Positions 38,100-52,300 of a stretch of 64,000 nucleotides of DNA are shown here, one piece after another; position 1 is the first letter of the stretch, and every line of letters begins with the position of its first letter. A program made the translations under genes and the position numbers. Under the pieces are notes generated by a model, which worked only from the letters and a program-made list of their open reading frames with translations, did no database searches and was not told where the DNA came from. The DNA lies in the NCBI GenBank assembly GCA_965203295.1, contig CBDBCZ010000016.1, positions 576,001 to 640,000 of the forward strand, written 5' to 3'. The DNA comes from Nitrospirales bacterium. Lineage in GTDB: Bacteria; Nitrospirota; Nitrospiria; Nitrospirales; UBA8639.

Positions 38100-39240
38100 C
38101 ACAAATTAGAGAAACATCTCAGATGCATATGGTTAGGAGTGACTTGACTGTTTTACAACAATACAGATTAAAGGAAAGGGTGATTTCTGCACGGAAACTC
38201 TAAGAAATCAGAACTATTAGTGAAGGAAGGGGTAGAAAATTAAAGTCTACGGAGTTCCCGGAGTTACCAACTATTCTACTCTATGCATTTGGAGAGCATG
38301 ATACTAAAGAAGATGGTGGTGGGGTGGAGGCTCATCCTAGACTAACTACTGGGACACTCTATCGAGCATTGGATAATGTAACAACCATGAAGAGTGCTAG
38401 GGATATCCTGCTATCTCTTGCCCCAAGTGGCTTTCAGATTTCTCTCAGTTCCTGTTACGATTACACAGAGAATTACAGAAAGGAAGCTGACAAGCTATAC
38501 AACATCACTCTGGTAGGGGTGTTAATGCACTTTTATCTCTCAAGAAGCCTCCCCGCACTGGAGTACAACAGCTAGTTGTCAACTTACACTGGACAACAGC
38601 AAACGTTAATCTCATTGTAGATAATTGCCAGGATCTGTCCCGTTGTCTGATTGTTTCTAAAGATGCTAAAGCAGTGATCTACATAGCTCAACTGACATGT
38701 CACCTGTCCAACACCCCGGTCCAGATCACACATATCATGGGACCAATCCAGGACGAATGCGATAACACCAATGGTGCTCCTATTTTTACAGTCAAATGTT
38801 ACAATTTTACCATCCAGTACTGTGGAATCCTTACAAATAGGGGTCTCTGACATCACTCAGCTTCATCTTACTCGCACTGGACAGGGTATAACACTGCTTA
38901 ATTTATAATTTTACAAGCCAGAAACTAATTTTAGATGTCTGAATGAGCTTTGTTACCTTCTGACCCTCCCAGCATTGGATGTGTCCTTCAGGGATAGAAA
39001 CACCGGTTGTCTGAAGAAGGAACTAACATTTGTGGTAGATAATGGCCCAGCTGAGCAGCCAAGTAGTGCTCTAGTACAAATGTGTTTAGTTCGCCTGCTG
39101 AATCTTCTCAAGCTCAACAAAGTCACTTAAGTATCCTTTGCTGAGTATCACAGCAAACGGAACTTTGTTGAGCGTGTGCATGCGGAAGAAAGCCGTGTTC
39201 TGTCCAAACACGGTCCCTTCAGAAGCCAACCCCGTCATAA
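38100..39240 (+). pseudogene. Zator/TP36-like DDE transposase remnant
   Basis: Broken frames give ISLSSCYDYTENYRKG, IVSKDAKAVI, PDH, FVVDNGPAEQP and SFAEYHSKRNFVERVHAEE, paralleling the Zator motifs SxDDKA / PDHD / DGGPDENP / SAxNxVER. Confidence 0.55.
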
Positions 39241-41785
39241 TCATTGTTATTATTGTTAATTAAAAATCTGGAGGGTGTCACCTTTATGTTTTTGATTTAT
39301 CCTGGGGGGTCAACATTGTCAAATAGTGTCTGGAGGGCGTTAACTTCATTTTAGTTGATTTGTCCTGATCATGGATCACGACTGGGTGATGTGGGCGGAG
39401 TCATCACTTCCGGTTGGGCCTAATTATGCAAATTGTTGGCCAGGTTATTGCAACTTCCGAACTTGTGGATCTATATAGCTCGTTGAAGAATATTGCGTTA
39501 TTGCAACTTCCGAACTTGTGGATCTAGCTCGTTGAAGAATATTGAAGTTGCGCAAAACCGTACCCAGAAGTTATATTACAGCGCCGTGCATTAGGGGTGA
39601 GTCAAGCTTAATCCACTGTACCCTGTACGCTGAGTAGCAAAGTCCGCCTATATGATCATGCAGTTGTTTTCAGCAGCAAAGAATTGCGACCATAACGGCT
39701 ATATGCCATAGCGACTTGGGTTTTTGTCTCGTATCATGACAGAGATTTCCAATCGTCCCATGTAAAATTGTTGTTGTTTTTTTTTCGCTGGGCGGGGCTC
39801 TGGGTACACTGGTTTTTCACGGAGAGGGCACTATCAAACTCCAGCTGCAGAGCGATATGGCTGAGTGTTATGACAGCTATTTCAGCCTTCATCAGAGATA
39901 CATTTTTTTATTTTCCCTTAAAGGATGGTCGAAAAATATGTGAAATACGGTTGGGATGAACTAAAATTCTGTATAACATTGCTTAATTTACTCTCTCTTC
40001 CATAGAAAGATGTATGTCATAAGTTATCTTGCTTATTCATACCACATTAATGCATGTCTGAGAGTTTGATGGTTTAGTTGTCTGCATCAGCCTCAATAGA
40101 ACAAAACACTACCACTTAATATACCCCAACAAACCATGGATTGCCAAATCTGGTTGCAACTGTACAAAATGTTGCAATGGGGGATCTGCATGACAAGTAT
40201 TCAAAATTCTCTTTTGTTCGTCTGCTGAGGTCACTGCCTTGACTCTCCGTTTCTGTTTTTGGACGAAAACCTAGCCATTTTCCACCACTAGCATTGTGGC
40301 CCTCTTCCGCACAGCACGCTTTCTGTCCTTGCTCAAGTAAGGGGGGTAGCCGTTCGTCAGAACGTACTTGATAGCGAGTTCCAATATAGCGTCTTCTTTA
40401 TCAACTGCTTCCATTCCAGTAGCTCAAGATACACTTCCGGTGACTCGCTGGTCTTCTTATAATCGCCATCTTCCGCCAACTTCAGAGTTTGACAGCTGTT
40501 GGTACACTTTTATTTCAGCCGCGGTCCAAATATTACACCGTAAAACCAAAATATTTGTTCCGGGGGGAACATTTTTTACGGGGGTCCAAATATTCCGTGA
40601 CAGTCCCCCCCCCCCCCATTTTTTGTTGTTTGTGTTACAGAGTGGAGCCTGGGTCTGAATAAAAAGGTGAACTGTCAGCCTCATAAAGACCATCGGGTTA
40701 TTTTTTAAAAACAAAATTTTTGGTGCTTGAGTTATGACTTTATTATTCTTGTCAGACCATAAAATCAGGTGATGGTGCAATTTTATTCAGTGCATATTTC
40801 TGTGTACTTTGGTTTTTCCTGGTATAAACATTCATAAGTCAGACACTACCCCCACATGTGTTCATATAATCATAGTCCACACATGTACATCAACATGTTA
40901 GCAAAATGAATTTATACTGGAGACATGCAGTGTTTTATACACCCCCTGATTGTTTCTGTGCAACGTTATGCTCTCGTCAGTTGGGTGTGGTCTAGCTCAT
41001 AAGCTAAGCTCATAGCTCATACATGTACATGCTTAAGCTTACTAGGCAAATGTTCGTGATAATTTTGTCATGTGCATGCAGGAGAGATGGTTCTCGTGTG
41101 CCAGGTTCGGATGATGATTTCTGTATATACCGGTAGGTGGCAGCTGGCATCATAATCTTTTTTTGGCAGACGCAAAGTAGAAAATTATAGCCTTACACAT
41201 GGCCATGTAGGTAAGGGGTGTCCCTGCGTGCATGCTGTTGGTGGTGGCATAGAACTGCCTTGTGAGTACACACTTCACTACGAAGAAAGACCACTCACAT
41301 GTAAGAATAGCGCTAGCTATGTACAACAATCTCAGAGTACAGTGTAGTCGACAAAGCGCGAAAGTGACTGTTGAGACCAAACCTAAAGTTTAATTTGCAT
41401 GCTCTTGTACTACTGTATTTGAAAAATAGCCCATGATTAATAAGTACCCCATATAGTCTGTACCACGAAAATGCGCATTCTCTGAATAGAAGTACCGGTA
41501 CTTGTACTCCAGTAATAATGACATGGTCTTCTTGCGTATTCTCGCACATTCACATTTTATTAGCACACGTCACATCTGTAACACGTATGCCTGGACACAA
41601 CACACACACACACACAAACAGACAGACACAGCTAAGATGATATTGTGTCCAAGAGTTCAATCCAATAGCAGATGAATATTACTTCAATCCAATGACACAC
41701 ACATACTTTGGTTGAGTTCCGCCCCTTGTATGGTACAAGCATGCAATAACAAATGAATATTGCAGTCTGGATATGCAATAACATA

Positions 41786-42256
41786 CGGTAAACTACGTAT
41801 TATCCGCCCATCCCCCTTTTTGAGTCTAAGTTACGTCGGAGGGTATTTATGTACTTAGTATCCGCCCACCATTAAATACCATCCATGCGAGCTAAACATG
41901 CAACCAACAACTGAAAATTCCAAGACAACGAGCAGAGTCAAACGACAAAACTCGATCTTCAGTGCGCTTTAATTGGAATACCGACGGTAAGTCCGTCAGC
42001 CACTTCGCTTTTTAGCGGATAATAGTAGTCTGCATGCTTCTATAATAGGTACTTCAATACAATTTGCATTCACTGTGGTGCGGTACTTGCCTAGAAAAGC
42101 TATACTTACCTTGTATACTCGCTTTGCATACCGCGCGTTTGGAATGCGGGCGGATACTACATCGTATTTATAAAAAGTACGTATTATCCGCCCACCCCCC
42201 TCTTTCAGCTTGCACTTAAGTGGCCCGCCCATGGGCGGATAATACGCACTTTACAG
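41786..42256. mobile_element. TA-flanked MITE (Tc1/mariner/pogo type); related decayed copy about 31490-32222
   Basis: CGGTAAACTACGTATTATCCGCCCA ... TGGGCGGATAATACGCACTTTACAG, flanked by TA. Confidence 0.65.
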
Positions 42257-42824
42257 TAAAAGATATTCAGGTGGCTGGGGTCATACACTAGCTATTAGGG
42301 TAGGCAGAATAAAAAACAACTTGTAAAACTGTGAGGCCGAAATAAATATTAACCCTTCGAATTCCTTTTTTACAGTGTACCACATTCTGGTTTGTATGTC
42401 ATTGTAAACAGTAGCTACTGTTGCAATAATTTTGGCAGCCCACCTTAGGTTGTTGTGTTACTGTAGCTAATTCAGAAAGACCAGCGAGGCTATAGATAAA
42501 ACATTTGGCCCATAGCTAGATAACTTTTCTTCACAAAAATGTGATGGACTAGTGTGTGCGCAAGTTGAGAAGTAAACATTTTCTGTCACAATTGAAATAC
42601 TCATCTTATTTCTCTGCTTGTTATTGAAGCCACAGCTAAACACCTGTGTGGTTTCTGTCCTACCAGCGTGGTGTACAAAAAGTTTCTTTCAATCTATACT
42701 TTTGCTACACTGTAACTGCATGCTTTAGGGCTCAAACCTGCTCTATGTTAAATTAATATAGACTCTTATAATTGTCCTTTGGCCACTTCATTGACAGTGG
42801 GCACTGTGACAAACTAGGAGAAAC

Positions 42825-43192
42825 ATACCCCGCGCTGCATAATTCACAACTGGGACCTGGCAGGACTGCAGACTGGAGTGCCAATATGAACACGTGACCA
42901 GCGTCCGTATATGCCCGGCCCCCATCGTATTCTAGTTGTGACCGTATTAAAATGGCAGAATGTAACGTTGTTAAATAAGAAAGAGCTACAGACGCAGCGA
43001 ATGGAACCGCTTTGGCGACTATCAGATACACACCCGGACATTTTTTAAAAAAATTTCAATGTTACTGTCGTGTTTAGCAATAGCTTAACACTCTAAATCG
43101 CGAGATGGCCTGATTTTTGAGTGGACGGACAACGGACGGACAGACAGAACCAATCGCTTAATCCCGCCGCCGCCTACGCGCCGCGGGGTAAA
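42825..43192 (+). mobile_element. HINE-like repeat (second copy about 59165-59650)
   Basis: Two similar copies ending in GGACGGACAGACAGAACCAATCGCTTA plus a GC-rich hairpin. Confidence 0.6.
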
Positions 43193-43307
43193 AATATGTG
43201 CATGTGCCTACCAAAGTAACTTAGCATGCGATTGTACGTACAGTATTTGATTACTGTCTACCTTATCAGCACTGTGCATATACGGTAATATTTTCACACA
43301 GCTGAAA

Positions 43308-46300
43308 ATGTCCGAGGGCAAGCCCTCTGGTGCAGACCAGTCCACCTCTAACGGTGGGGGTGGAGGGGACCCAGGAGGGGGGAGTGGTCAGTGGGGTCCT
43401 GTTGAAAATGGTGAGTAACTCACTCCTAGACATTACAGCAGTCTCACTTTTAAGTTATGTCTCATCAAAATTGACTACACAGGACTTCAGTTACGTTTGA
43501 AAGACCAAGAACAACCTCTTCAAAGGTTTACGTACGCCTGGGCTCCAACTACTCGAGTACCACAGTCGATAAACTGGACCAATATCACAGCAGAAGATGT
43601 CCAGTATGACCACATCAGATGCCACACTCTGCAAGAAGGAGAAGATTTGCCTTCGCTTGTTTCAGCACTTGATGCCAATTCACTCTCTAGGGCTCTGATT
43701 CTCATTAATGTTAAAGACACCTATCAAATCCATTCTGAATATCTATTGGCTGAAAGTCATTGGAAGATCCCAATGCTGGTTATAACAACCAATGATGGAA
43801 ACTTTCTTACGGCTCTTCTAAAGCAGCACCCGATGGGTATAGAAGCAAGAGTGTCTATGGAGCCAGGTCAACCTGCCCAGCCCCAGTCCCAGCCTCAGTC
43901 CCAGCCCCGCCCCCAGCCCCGGCCCCGGCCTCGGCCCCTGTCCCAGCCCCAGTTCCACCCCCGCCCCCAGCCTCGGCCCCGATCCCAGTCCCAGCCCCAA
44001 CTCCGGCTGCAGCCCCAACCCCAGCCTCAGTCCCAGCCCCGCCCCCGGCCTCGGCCTCGGTCCCAGCCCCAGTTTCACCCCCGCCCCTGGCCCCGGCCTC
44101 GGCCCCGATCCCAGTCCCAGCCCCAACTTCGGCCGCAGCCGCAGCCCCAACCCCAGCCCCGGCCCCGGCCCCAACCCCAGCCACAGCCTCAGGCCCAGCC
44201 TCGTCCTCAGCCCCGGCCCCGACCCCAGCCCCAGCCTCGGGCCCAGCCACAGCTCCAGCCCCAGCCCCAGTCTATCGGTCCTATAGCTGATCACTCAGCT
44301 ATAAATGGTATGCTATGAACTTGCAAAGTTTAGGAAAAAGAAAATAGATATTCACTAATTGCAGAGCATATATTGGAGTGAGTGTTAGGGAGCCCGCATG
44401 TACGCTAGCATGCTTGTTTTTGCCCGTCTGTAATTTGTATGACACTGTGAGAGAGAAGTTTCCTCTTGCTCTTATGCTCTAACTTGAGAATGTACAAGAC
44501 TGCTAATTACATGCGTGCACATATGTGTATGGTCAAGTAATATGGCAGTAACATGGGTAGTAGATGTCTTTGGAGTCTGGATTTGACCCACTCTGCCTAT
44601 CATCATAAGCAATATACTTTTGCTATTCCTTCCCTAAATTGCTCCCCAATTGAAATCAACAACAAGCAGCTGGCCTTCACGAAAATCCTGAATGGATAGC
44701 AAAGTATGTGCAGCAAGCAGCTCTTGGTATAATGCAGATGTAATACGACTGTCTATAGTCTTCATTATGAATGCTTCATACAATCTCACAAAAATATCTA
44801 CATGCATGGGAACTACTGTTGCACTGCACAAAAGTATTGTAAGCTCGTTTTGTATTTTTTATGTTAGCTGTTCTTTTTGTATACAGACACTGACAATATA
44901 CCTTTTGTTTTTTTAGGGTCTATAGGTCATGGAGCAGGTATTTATGATGAGTGGGTGACCATTACAGCTGATGATATTCCAATAAACGGTATGCTTATAG
45001 TTGTGGAATCCGTTTTATAGGTGAACCGTTTCTTTAAGTGTAAGGTAATGGCATAAGAATAGCTATGCCATTGGGAGCATACTTTTATGATGTATGAATG
45101 ATAGCTGTGAAATATTGAACCTAGCTGTAAGCAATTGACTTTGGCAGCACTGGGGCTCCTTAATTGTGCACAAATTTAGTGAAGATAAGTTTGTCCACAC
45201 CTTTACCTTTGTGTAACTGAATGAAGTGGGGGCCTGGGAAGGATACCCCCCTGTCAGAAAGTACTCATACATGTAGAAAGAGACAATGGTACCGATAACT
45301 TTTGCCATAGCTTTTATAGTGCAGTAAGTGCATGCTTTCAGTGGCCAAGAGGTACCTACACTTCCTTAATTACGTATTGACACTTGATTTTGACTTTCAC
45401 GATTGCACATTTGGACTTTCTGTTTCTTGGAACTTATGACTTTCGACTTCCTATTTCTCAAAATTTGATTGTTTTTGGACTTCCCCTTTCTTGAACATTA
45501 CCCTTGACCTAAAACTTTTAAATATATGATCTTCAACTGTACATGCATGCATCTGACTTTCTTCAGCTGGGCTGCAGCCTCACTGGAACTCTTGCCGGTG
45601 TAGGCCCGGGAAAGAGAGTATACTGATCAACAGTAATCATGTATATGGTTCAAGTCTCAGGCCAGCAGTCCCAGGATTATCAATAGGTGCTATAACCTTG
45701 TTGTCATAGTTTGACCACCCATAAGTTGCCACTAGACATTGTAGTGTCGTGGGTTTACCTACTAGCCGATCGTGGCGGATTCGCTAGAGCACATAAAACA
45801 TCATATGGCATGTGGCAACTTCCAAGACCAGAGACAATTATACTGCACATGCGCAATGGGATACAATTACGTAATGGCCTAAATACACTACACTCCTCCC
45901 TACCAAAACAACAAGTGATAACTAATGCAAAACCAAGGAGTGATACAATAACCATAAATTAAAGAGAACTGTTCACATGAAACGATCCGGAGCTCTACAC
46001 TCCCGCTGTGGGTAGCGTCGCTCGTTCGAGGGAGGTTCGACAGATGGGCGTTCGTTTGACGGATCAGTCTCGGGTGTACGATTGGGGAGGACTGGCACGC
46101 TCCAGTCGGTGTTCGATGCTACGATGGGTTCTCGAATATCACCACAGATGCGCAAGTGGTCCAGGTGACGCTTCCACAGCTGGCCACCGTCGACTTGAAC
46201 CCGGTACGTCAGCGGACCCAATCGCTCCACTACCACTCCGGGTATCCACGGAGCACCGGGCCTCAGATTCCTGGCCATCACAGATTGACCAGTGTGCAGC

Positions 46301-49300
46301 TCTCGTGAGCGTGCCCGCTTGTCATGGTCGGCTTTCTGCTGAGCCTGCTTGCAGCCAGCACGCCTCTCAACATCTGGCCTCAATAGGTCCAGTCGGGTGC
46401 GGATTTTCCGTCCCATGAGTAGTTGGCTTGGTGTTTCGCTTGTGGTAGCATGGGGTGTGGTGCGATACGTCAGCAAAAAGTTCGATACACGCTGAGACAA
46501 CGGGAGAGATGTTCCGTGTCCTGCCTTCATGGCCCTCTTAAAGGACTGGACAAATCTCTCAGCCGCTCCATTCGAGGAGGGGTGGTAGGGTGCACACCGG
46601 ATATGCTTGATGCCGTTCATTTTGGCAAAGGTCGCGAACTCTGCTGAGACAAATTGAGGTCCGTTGTCAGTGACTAGCTGTTCGGGCAGTCCATTTGCTG
46701 TAAAGATCTTTCTCAGCTCACTGATGGTCTTTGGAGCCTCCGTAGAAGTCATTTCCACGACCTCTGGCCACTTTGAGTAGGAGTCTACGGCGATAAGAAA
46801 CATCTTCCCTAGAAAGGGGCCGGCGAAGTCGATGTGCACTCTCTGCCAGGGCTTTGCTGGCCACAACCAGGGATGCAGTGGCGCTACGGCAGGAGCACTC
46901 TTGAAGGCCTGGCATGCTTGACACCCCCGAGCACACTCTTCCAGCTCTTTATCGAGGCCTGGCCACCACATGTAGCTGCGTGCTACTGCCTTCATCCTGG
47001 TCACTCCTGGGTGGTCACTGTGCAGTTCTTCGACCAGCCGAGCACGGAGTTTGCTGGGCACCACCACTCGAGTACCCCACAGCAGGCAGTCTCCTTCAGT
47101 CGAGAGCTCGTGCTTCCTGTTCAGGAAAGGCTTGTACTCTTCAGGTGTCTCCGTAGGCCATCCTTCCCTTGCATACAGAAGCACCTTACTCAGCACTGGG
47201 TCTTGGCGGGTGGCAGTCTGCAGTCGTTCGACTGTCACCGGCAAGGCCTGCATCTGCCCGATGACAAAGGCACCTTCGGCTGTCATGGAATGGCACTCGA
47301 GTGCGGCTGCTTGTCTGTGGCCTAGCGGTAGCCTAGAAAGCCCATCAGCATTCCCGTGTTGGCGAGTGGGCTTGAACTCAATATCGTACGAGTATGCAGA
47401 TAGCAGGAGGGCCCATCGCTGCAATCGGGCAGCGGCTAGGGGTGGTATCCCGTTCTTCGGACCCAACACAGTGGTCAGTGGCTTGTGGTCAGTCACAAGC
47501 ACGAACCTGCGCCCATACAGGTACTGATGGAATTTTCGGATTCCGTACACAAGAGACAACACCTCCTTCTCAATTTGGGAGTAGTTCCTCTCCGTGGCTG
47601 TCAATGTTCTGGATGCAAATGCGATGGGGCGTTCCTGGCCATCGGGGAACACGTGCGAAATAACAGCTCCAATCCCGTAGGCGAAGGCATCTCCGGCCAT
47701 CTTCATCGGCAAGGACGGGTCGTAATGAGCCAGAACTGGAGCTGCAGCCAGGAGCTACTTGCTGCTTTCAAAAGCCCGTGCGCACTCCTGGGTCCATGCC
47801 CACTTGTGGCCAGCCTTGAGAAGAGCGTTGAGCGGGTGGAGCAAGGTTGCCAGGCTGGGCAGGAACTTTCCGTAGTAGTGGAGCAATCCCAGGTAGGAAT
47901 GGAGTTCCTGTACGTTCCTGGGTTGGGGTGCCTTGCTGATGGCTTCCACCTTGCTGGTCGTGGTGTGCAAGCCGGTCGCGTCGATGCGATGGCTTAAGTA
48001 TTCGACTGAATCACCCATGAAGGTGCACTTGGCTCTCTTTGCTCGGATGTTATACTGTTTTAGCCGCTGCAACACTTTCTCCATGCTCTCCAAGTGCTCC
48101 TCCTCACTCGTACCGGTCACCAAGATGTCATCGAGGTAGCAGATCACCTTTGGGAGCCCCTGCAGTACCACGTCCATGGTCTTCTGGAACACTGCCGGGG
48201 CAGAGGCCACACCAAATGGTAGACGTGTGTACCTGTAGAGCCCTCGATGAGTATTGATTGTAACCAGCTCTCGACAGCTCTCCTCCAGGCTCATCTGCTG
48301 GTACGCATGCGTAAGGTCAATCTTCGTGAATTTCTTGCCGCCAGCCAGCGTCGCGAACAAGTCATCCGGCTTGGGCAACGGGTACTGGTCCACGTCTAGC
48401 ACGGGGTTGATCGTGACCTTATAGTCTTCGCACAGTCGAATCTGGCCATCAGCCTTCGGTACAGGAACAACTGGTGCAGCCCACTGGCTGTGTGACACCT
48501 TCTCAACAATCCCTTCCCCTTCAAGGCGATCTAGCTCCCGGTCAATGGCCTGCTTTAGGGCAAAGGGGACTGGTCTGGCTTTGTGGAACTTTGGCCTACA
48601 CTCTGGCTTTAGGTGTAAACTGGCCTGGAAGGTGTTCATCAACCCTGACCCCTCTTCAAACACCTCAGGGAACTTCCCTACTAAGGCTTCTGCTTTGCTG
48701 GACAGGGCAGCCATTCCAATGCTTTTCCAGTCAAGCCTTATCTGCCTGAGCCAATATCTGCCCACAAGGCTTGGCCCTTGGCCCTTGACCACATACAAGG
48801 TCAGTGGGGCACTCTGCTTCTGGTAGCTCACCTCCACCTTCATCTGTCCCACAACAGGCATTTGCTCGCCTGTGTAAGTGGTCAGGATGGCTTGCGAGCT
48901 GTCTAGCTGGCACTTCGGGAACAGCTTGGTCTGGGTAGCACTCGAAATTACCGATACAGCTGCACCGGTGTCCACTTCCATGGGTAGCTGCTGCCCGTTC
49001 ACTCCCATGGTTACGACGATGGGGTGAAGACCCTTGCCTTCGACCCTGAATAAGCAGTCGAACCGCAACCAATGACCACGCCCCCAATTTTATTTTTCAC
49101 GTGCTCACTTTTCTACAACAAGATGGCGGCGTTTTTGCGATTCGGAAGACCGAGTGTTTGGAGGAAGATTTTGCGAATAAGATCGTGCTAAAGCCTGATT
49201 AAACAAGAGGAAAGTACGGAAAAAGAGCTAGGTTAGTCTTTTATGTGTATTTTTCTTAAAATTGTTTGGCTCTGTGGTTTTACGGCGGTATTTTATTCCA

Positions 49301-52300
49301 TATAGTTGAATGGAGAGACTGCCTAGTCAGCACAAGTCGGGCGTTTTCGACATGATATCGGTGCCCAACCACTCTGGATCGCTGTGAGGGGAACGAGTAA
49401 GTCTTGTAGCAGTTATTTATTACAAAATTGGAGCCTCAGTGAATGGGTACAAAAAAGGTACCAAGGATTCCTGCAAGCAGTTTGCTTGCATACTAGATAC
49501 ATATTCACATCAGGGCGCGTAGTTGCAGAACTTTACGCTGTGACTTCTTTACCTATGAAATAAAGAAAAGTACAGTTTTTTATGGGGGTCTAGCATTTCA
49601 TTCCTTGATTTCTGGAGAGGGGTTGGGATATTTTTACATACTACCAAATGAGGACGGGTAGCTACAGTGAATTGTTCCCGTACCTGTAATCATGGTGGAT
49701 GTCATCATTTTGATGATCATCCACTCTGTCCTCACTGCTAGCACTCCGTGGTGCAACATTTGTGCATCCGTGGCATCTGTTGTACATGGCATGGACAGAC
49801 ATGGTAAAGTCAGCAAGCGTTATAGAATATTTTTAAGATATAGGTGTATTTTTAATAGCTGCTAGGTTGTTGGGCTAACCCCTTAAAATATGGCCATCAA
49901 AAGCGGCCTGTATATCCTTTTGGCTTACGGTTGGGGCTCTTAGTATATAATGCAGCCCTCACCTACATTCAGGCCCGCACTTCTGATCCTTTTTTCTGCA
50001 ACCACAATTTGATCTTTGTTGACAACCGCTTTTACAGGAACAACCCTTTGTTAGTCTGTGTACTCTGCTGCGTACATTTTCCATATTTTCTTGTGTGTCC
50101 CAATGAATGTGCAGCTGACCATCCTTTAGTTGCCATCCATGTTCACTAGGATCCAGGAGGTGGGGATGAGGGTCATAGACCTGCTGATACATGGTGGATA
50201 CCCAGCATGTTCTCAGCCAATGGAAGTTTAAGGAATCCCATGAAGGGAGAAGGTCTTCTTCATTCTGTATTTCAGTCCACACAGCTTCTCGTATACAACT
50301 GATCCATTTCTTATGGTGTTCCGTTGGGGGGGTCATCTTCTGAATAGACTGACTTAAAACAGGATTCTGGGTTAGCCGATTCAAATGCTCCTTTATGCTT
50401 GTTAAAGTAGAGGCATCCCACTGGCCTAATGAATGGTAGGAAACCCACTTTTTGATTTTCAGAGTGTGTATTTGTTAGGTTTCCAATGACATTGACTCCT
50501 GGTTGGTTCATTGGAGCATTTATGAACCCGGAATGCCGTAGCAGTGTTTTGAGGAATGTAATTTTTCCTAATCCGTGCCAGTAGGAGATGTAGTCACAGC
50601 CTGACAGTAGGTAACCTGTTTGCAGCATGATGGGTCTAAGCTGAAGTGGTAGCTCTTGCAAGTCTGGGTCGGTGTCGAGTGCAACCATGAGAGCATTGAT
50701 ATCAATATATTTTTTGTCTGTAGATCCTGGCATGTTGATCTGTAAAATGATGTGAGTTTGCTGTAGTAGATCTTTGCAACTGAGCCCACAGTGTAGGATG
50801 TCAGCATCCGGGCAGTACATTAGTAGGTTTTTGCTGGGGAGTTTGGAAGCAATGTACCACAACCTTTGATCAGCTTCTTCCCAGGATGAAGCTAGGTTTG
50901 GTACTGTTGTGATGCCATCTGTAGTAGCCTGCAATGTTTGATCGATTTGGGGGCCTTCGTACCCTCCAGTGATGAACAGAGAGGTCTGTTTTTGGAGTGT
51001 TTTTTTAGCTTCATAGAGAAGTTGATATGAGAGAAAGTTTACAAGCTTTCTTTTGCAAAGTCTACAAGATAGATACTCTGACCACTTTCTGGGAAGATGA
51101 GTGTCACAAGTAATAATCTGTTGGCAGAGACACAGTGTTCCTGTTGACGCAGGTTGACTTTGATCTCTCTGGGCTCTTTCGGGGTCTTTCGGGCTGGGCC
51201 CATTCCTGTTCGGGTGATCAATTGCCACTGCAACTGAAGTAGCTCCTTTCTTGAAATGTGGCATGATAAATCTCGAATAGATGACTTTAGAGTAGTCACC
51301 GAATGTCTTGTGTTGCCCAGAGACTGGTGCACTGTTGAGCATGAACATTCCATCAATAACTACACTGTCAGGTGACCAGTTTTGCGGTAGCCATGGCATC
51401 TGTACATTCTCCCACCTTTTTGTGTAAAATGTAATTGAGGTAGATTTTTGCCCATCCCTCTTCGTTCCGTCTGGTTTGGCTATTGCCAGAGGTAACTCAT
51501 AATACTGTTCTCCCCTAATGTTGTCCAGTGGCCTTTTGTCACACTCACTGAGACGACGTTTCAGGCACTCCATTACTTGTTTGTGATGTTTAACAAACTG
51601 GCAATACTTTTTGTGGTCACTTTTGGCTTTTCAAATGTTTTCAGTGAATACCTTTTCTTTGACACCTGAGTGCTTGGAGTTTTCACCATGTGAGCTTCAT
51701 AGTAGGATTTAAATTCCTTCTCACCGACTTCAAGGAAAGTTAGAAGGTCCAGTGCTTGCTCAGTGTTAGTCTGCTGGTTTGAGAATGGATTTAGTAGATT
51801 TTTGCTAGGTATCTGAAACATTTGTTTCTCTTTAATTCTTGCAATTCCCTCACTTATGTTCTCTGTTGACTTCCTCTCTTTTGCAGACAGCTGCAAGTCG
51901 TTAACATGGTCCGGATCATGTGGATTAAAGAGGTCTGTGGGGAAGAACACCTTGTGTAGGGCACTCATCATGTGGATTTGGTGAGGAAGAATGTCAGACA
52001 TTTTCTGAATGTAATCTGGATTTGTGTAGTTTAAGGCGGCTTTGGTCTTCTTGTTTATCACCATTTCATGTGCCTCGTCGAGTGCCACAGATCTGTACTT
52101 TGTACCACTAAGGCTAACGACAAAGCCTCCTTGCTCAAAGTGGCGTATGACACTTCGTGGATAGGCCGTAATTGCTGCAAGGTGATGTAGGATAAGCTCC
52201 CTGTAGTTTTGGCGATCAAAAATATGGAACAGTGGAGCTACGTAGCCGTTTGATACTAGTCATTCGTAGCTGCCAATTACCACTTCTCATTGCTAGCCAC

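Larger units (their letters stand above)
35040..40602 (-). mobile_element. Decayed Ginger1-like DNA transposon (Gypsy-type integrase plus Ulp1-like protease), interrupted by a later insertion
   Basis: Terminus TGTCACGGAATATTTGGACCCCC at 40602. N-terminus from ATG 40414: IKYVLTNGYPPYLSKDRKRAVRKRA...EQKRILNTCH. Integrase C-terminus NILVAQQKQKENYD...GKLKEGYLGPY...HLKPY at 36150-36420. Ulp1-like SDSIIDAAQMLLKWAFPALSGLQ near 35340-35410. The left terminus was not identified. Confidence 0.65.

Noticed and set aside
37014..38102. Minus-strand Cys/Gly-rich 311-362 aa proteins
   Set aside because: They are by-products of a stop-free tandem repeat; no splice or domain support.
43818..44294. Minus-strand Gly/Ala-rich (fibroin-like) ORFs
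   Set aside because: They are the antisense of the PQ/PR-coding exon; the plus strand has the splice sites and the globular domain.
45028..45892. 865-bp LTR
   Set aside because: Only 45740-45892 has TG...CA inverted termini, the PPT and the TSD; the rest is duplicated host intron.
46008..48826. Multiple plus-strand ORFs
   Set aside because: They are antisense shadows of the GC-rich Gypsy pol frame with no recognisable motifs.
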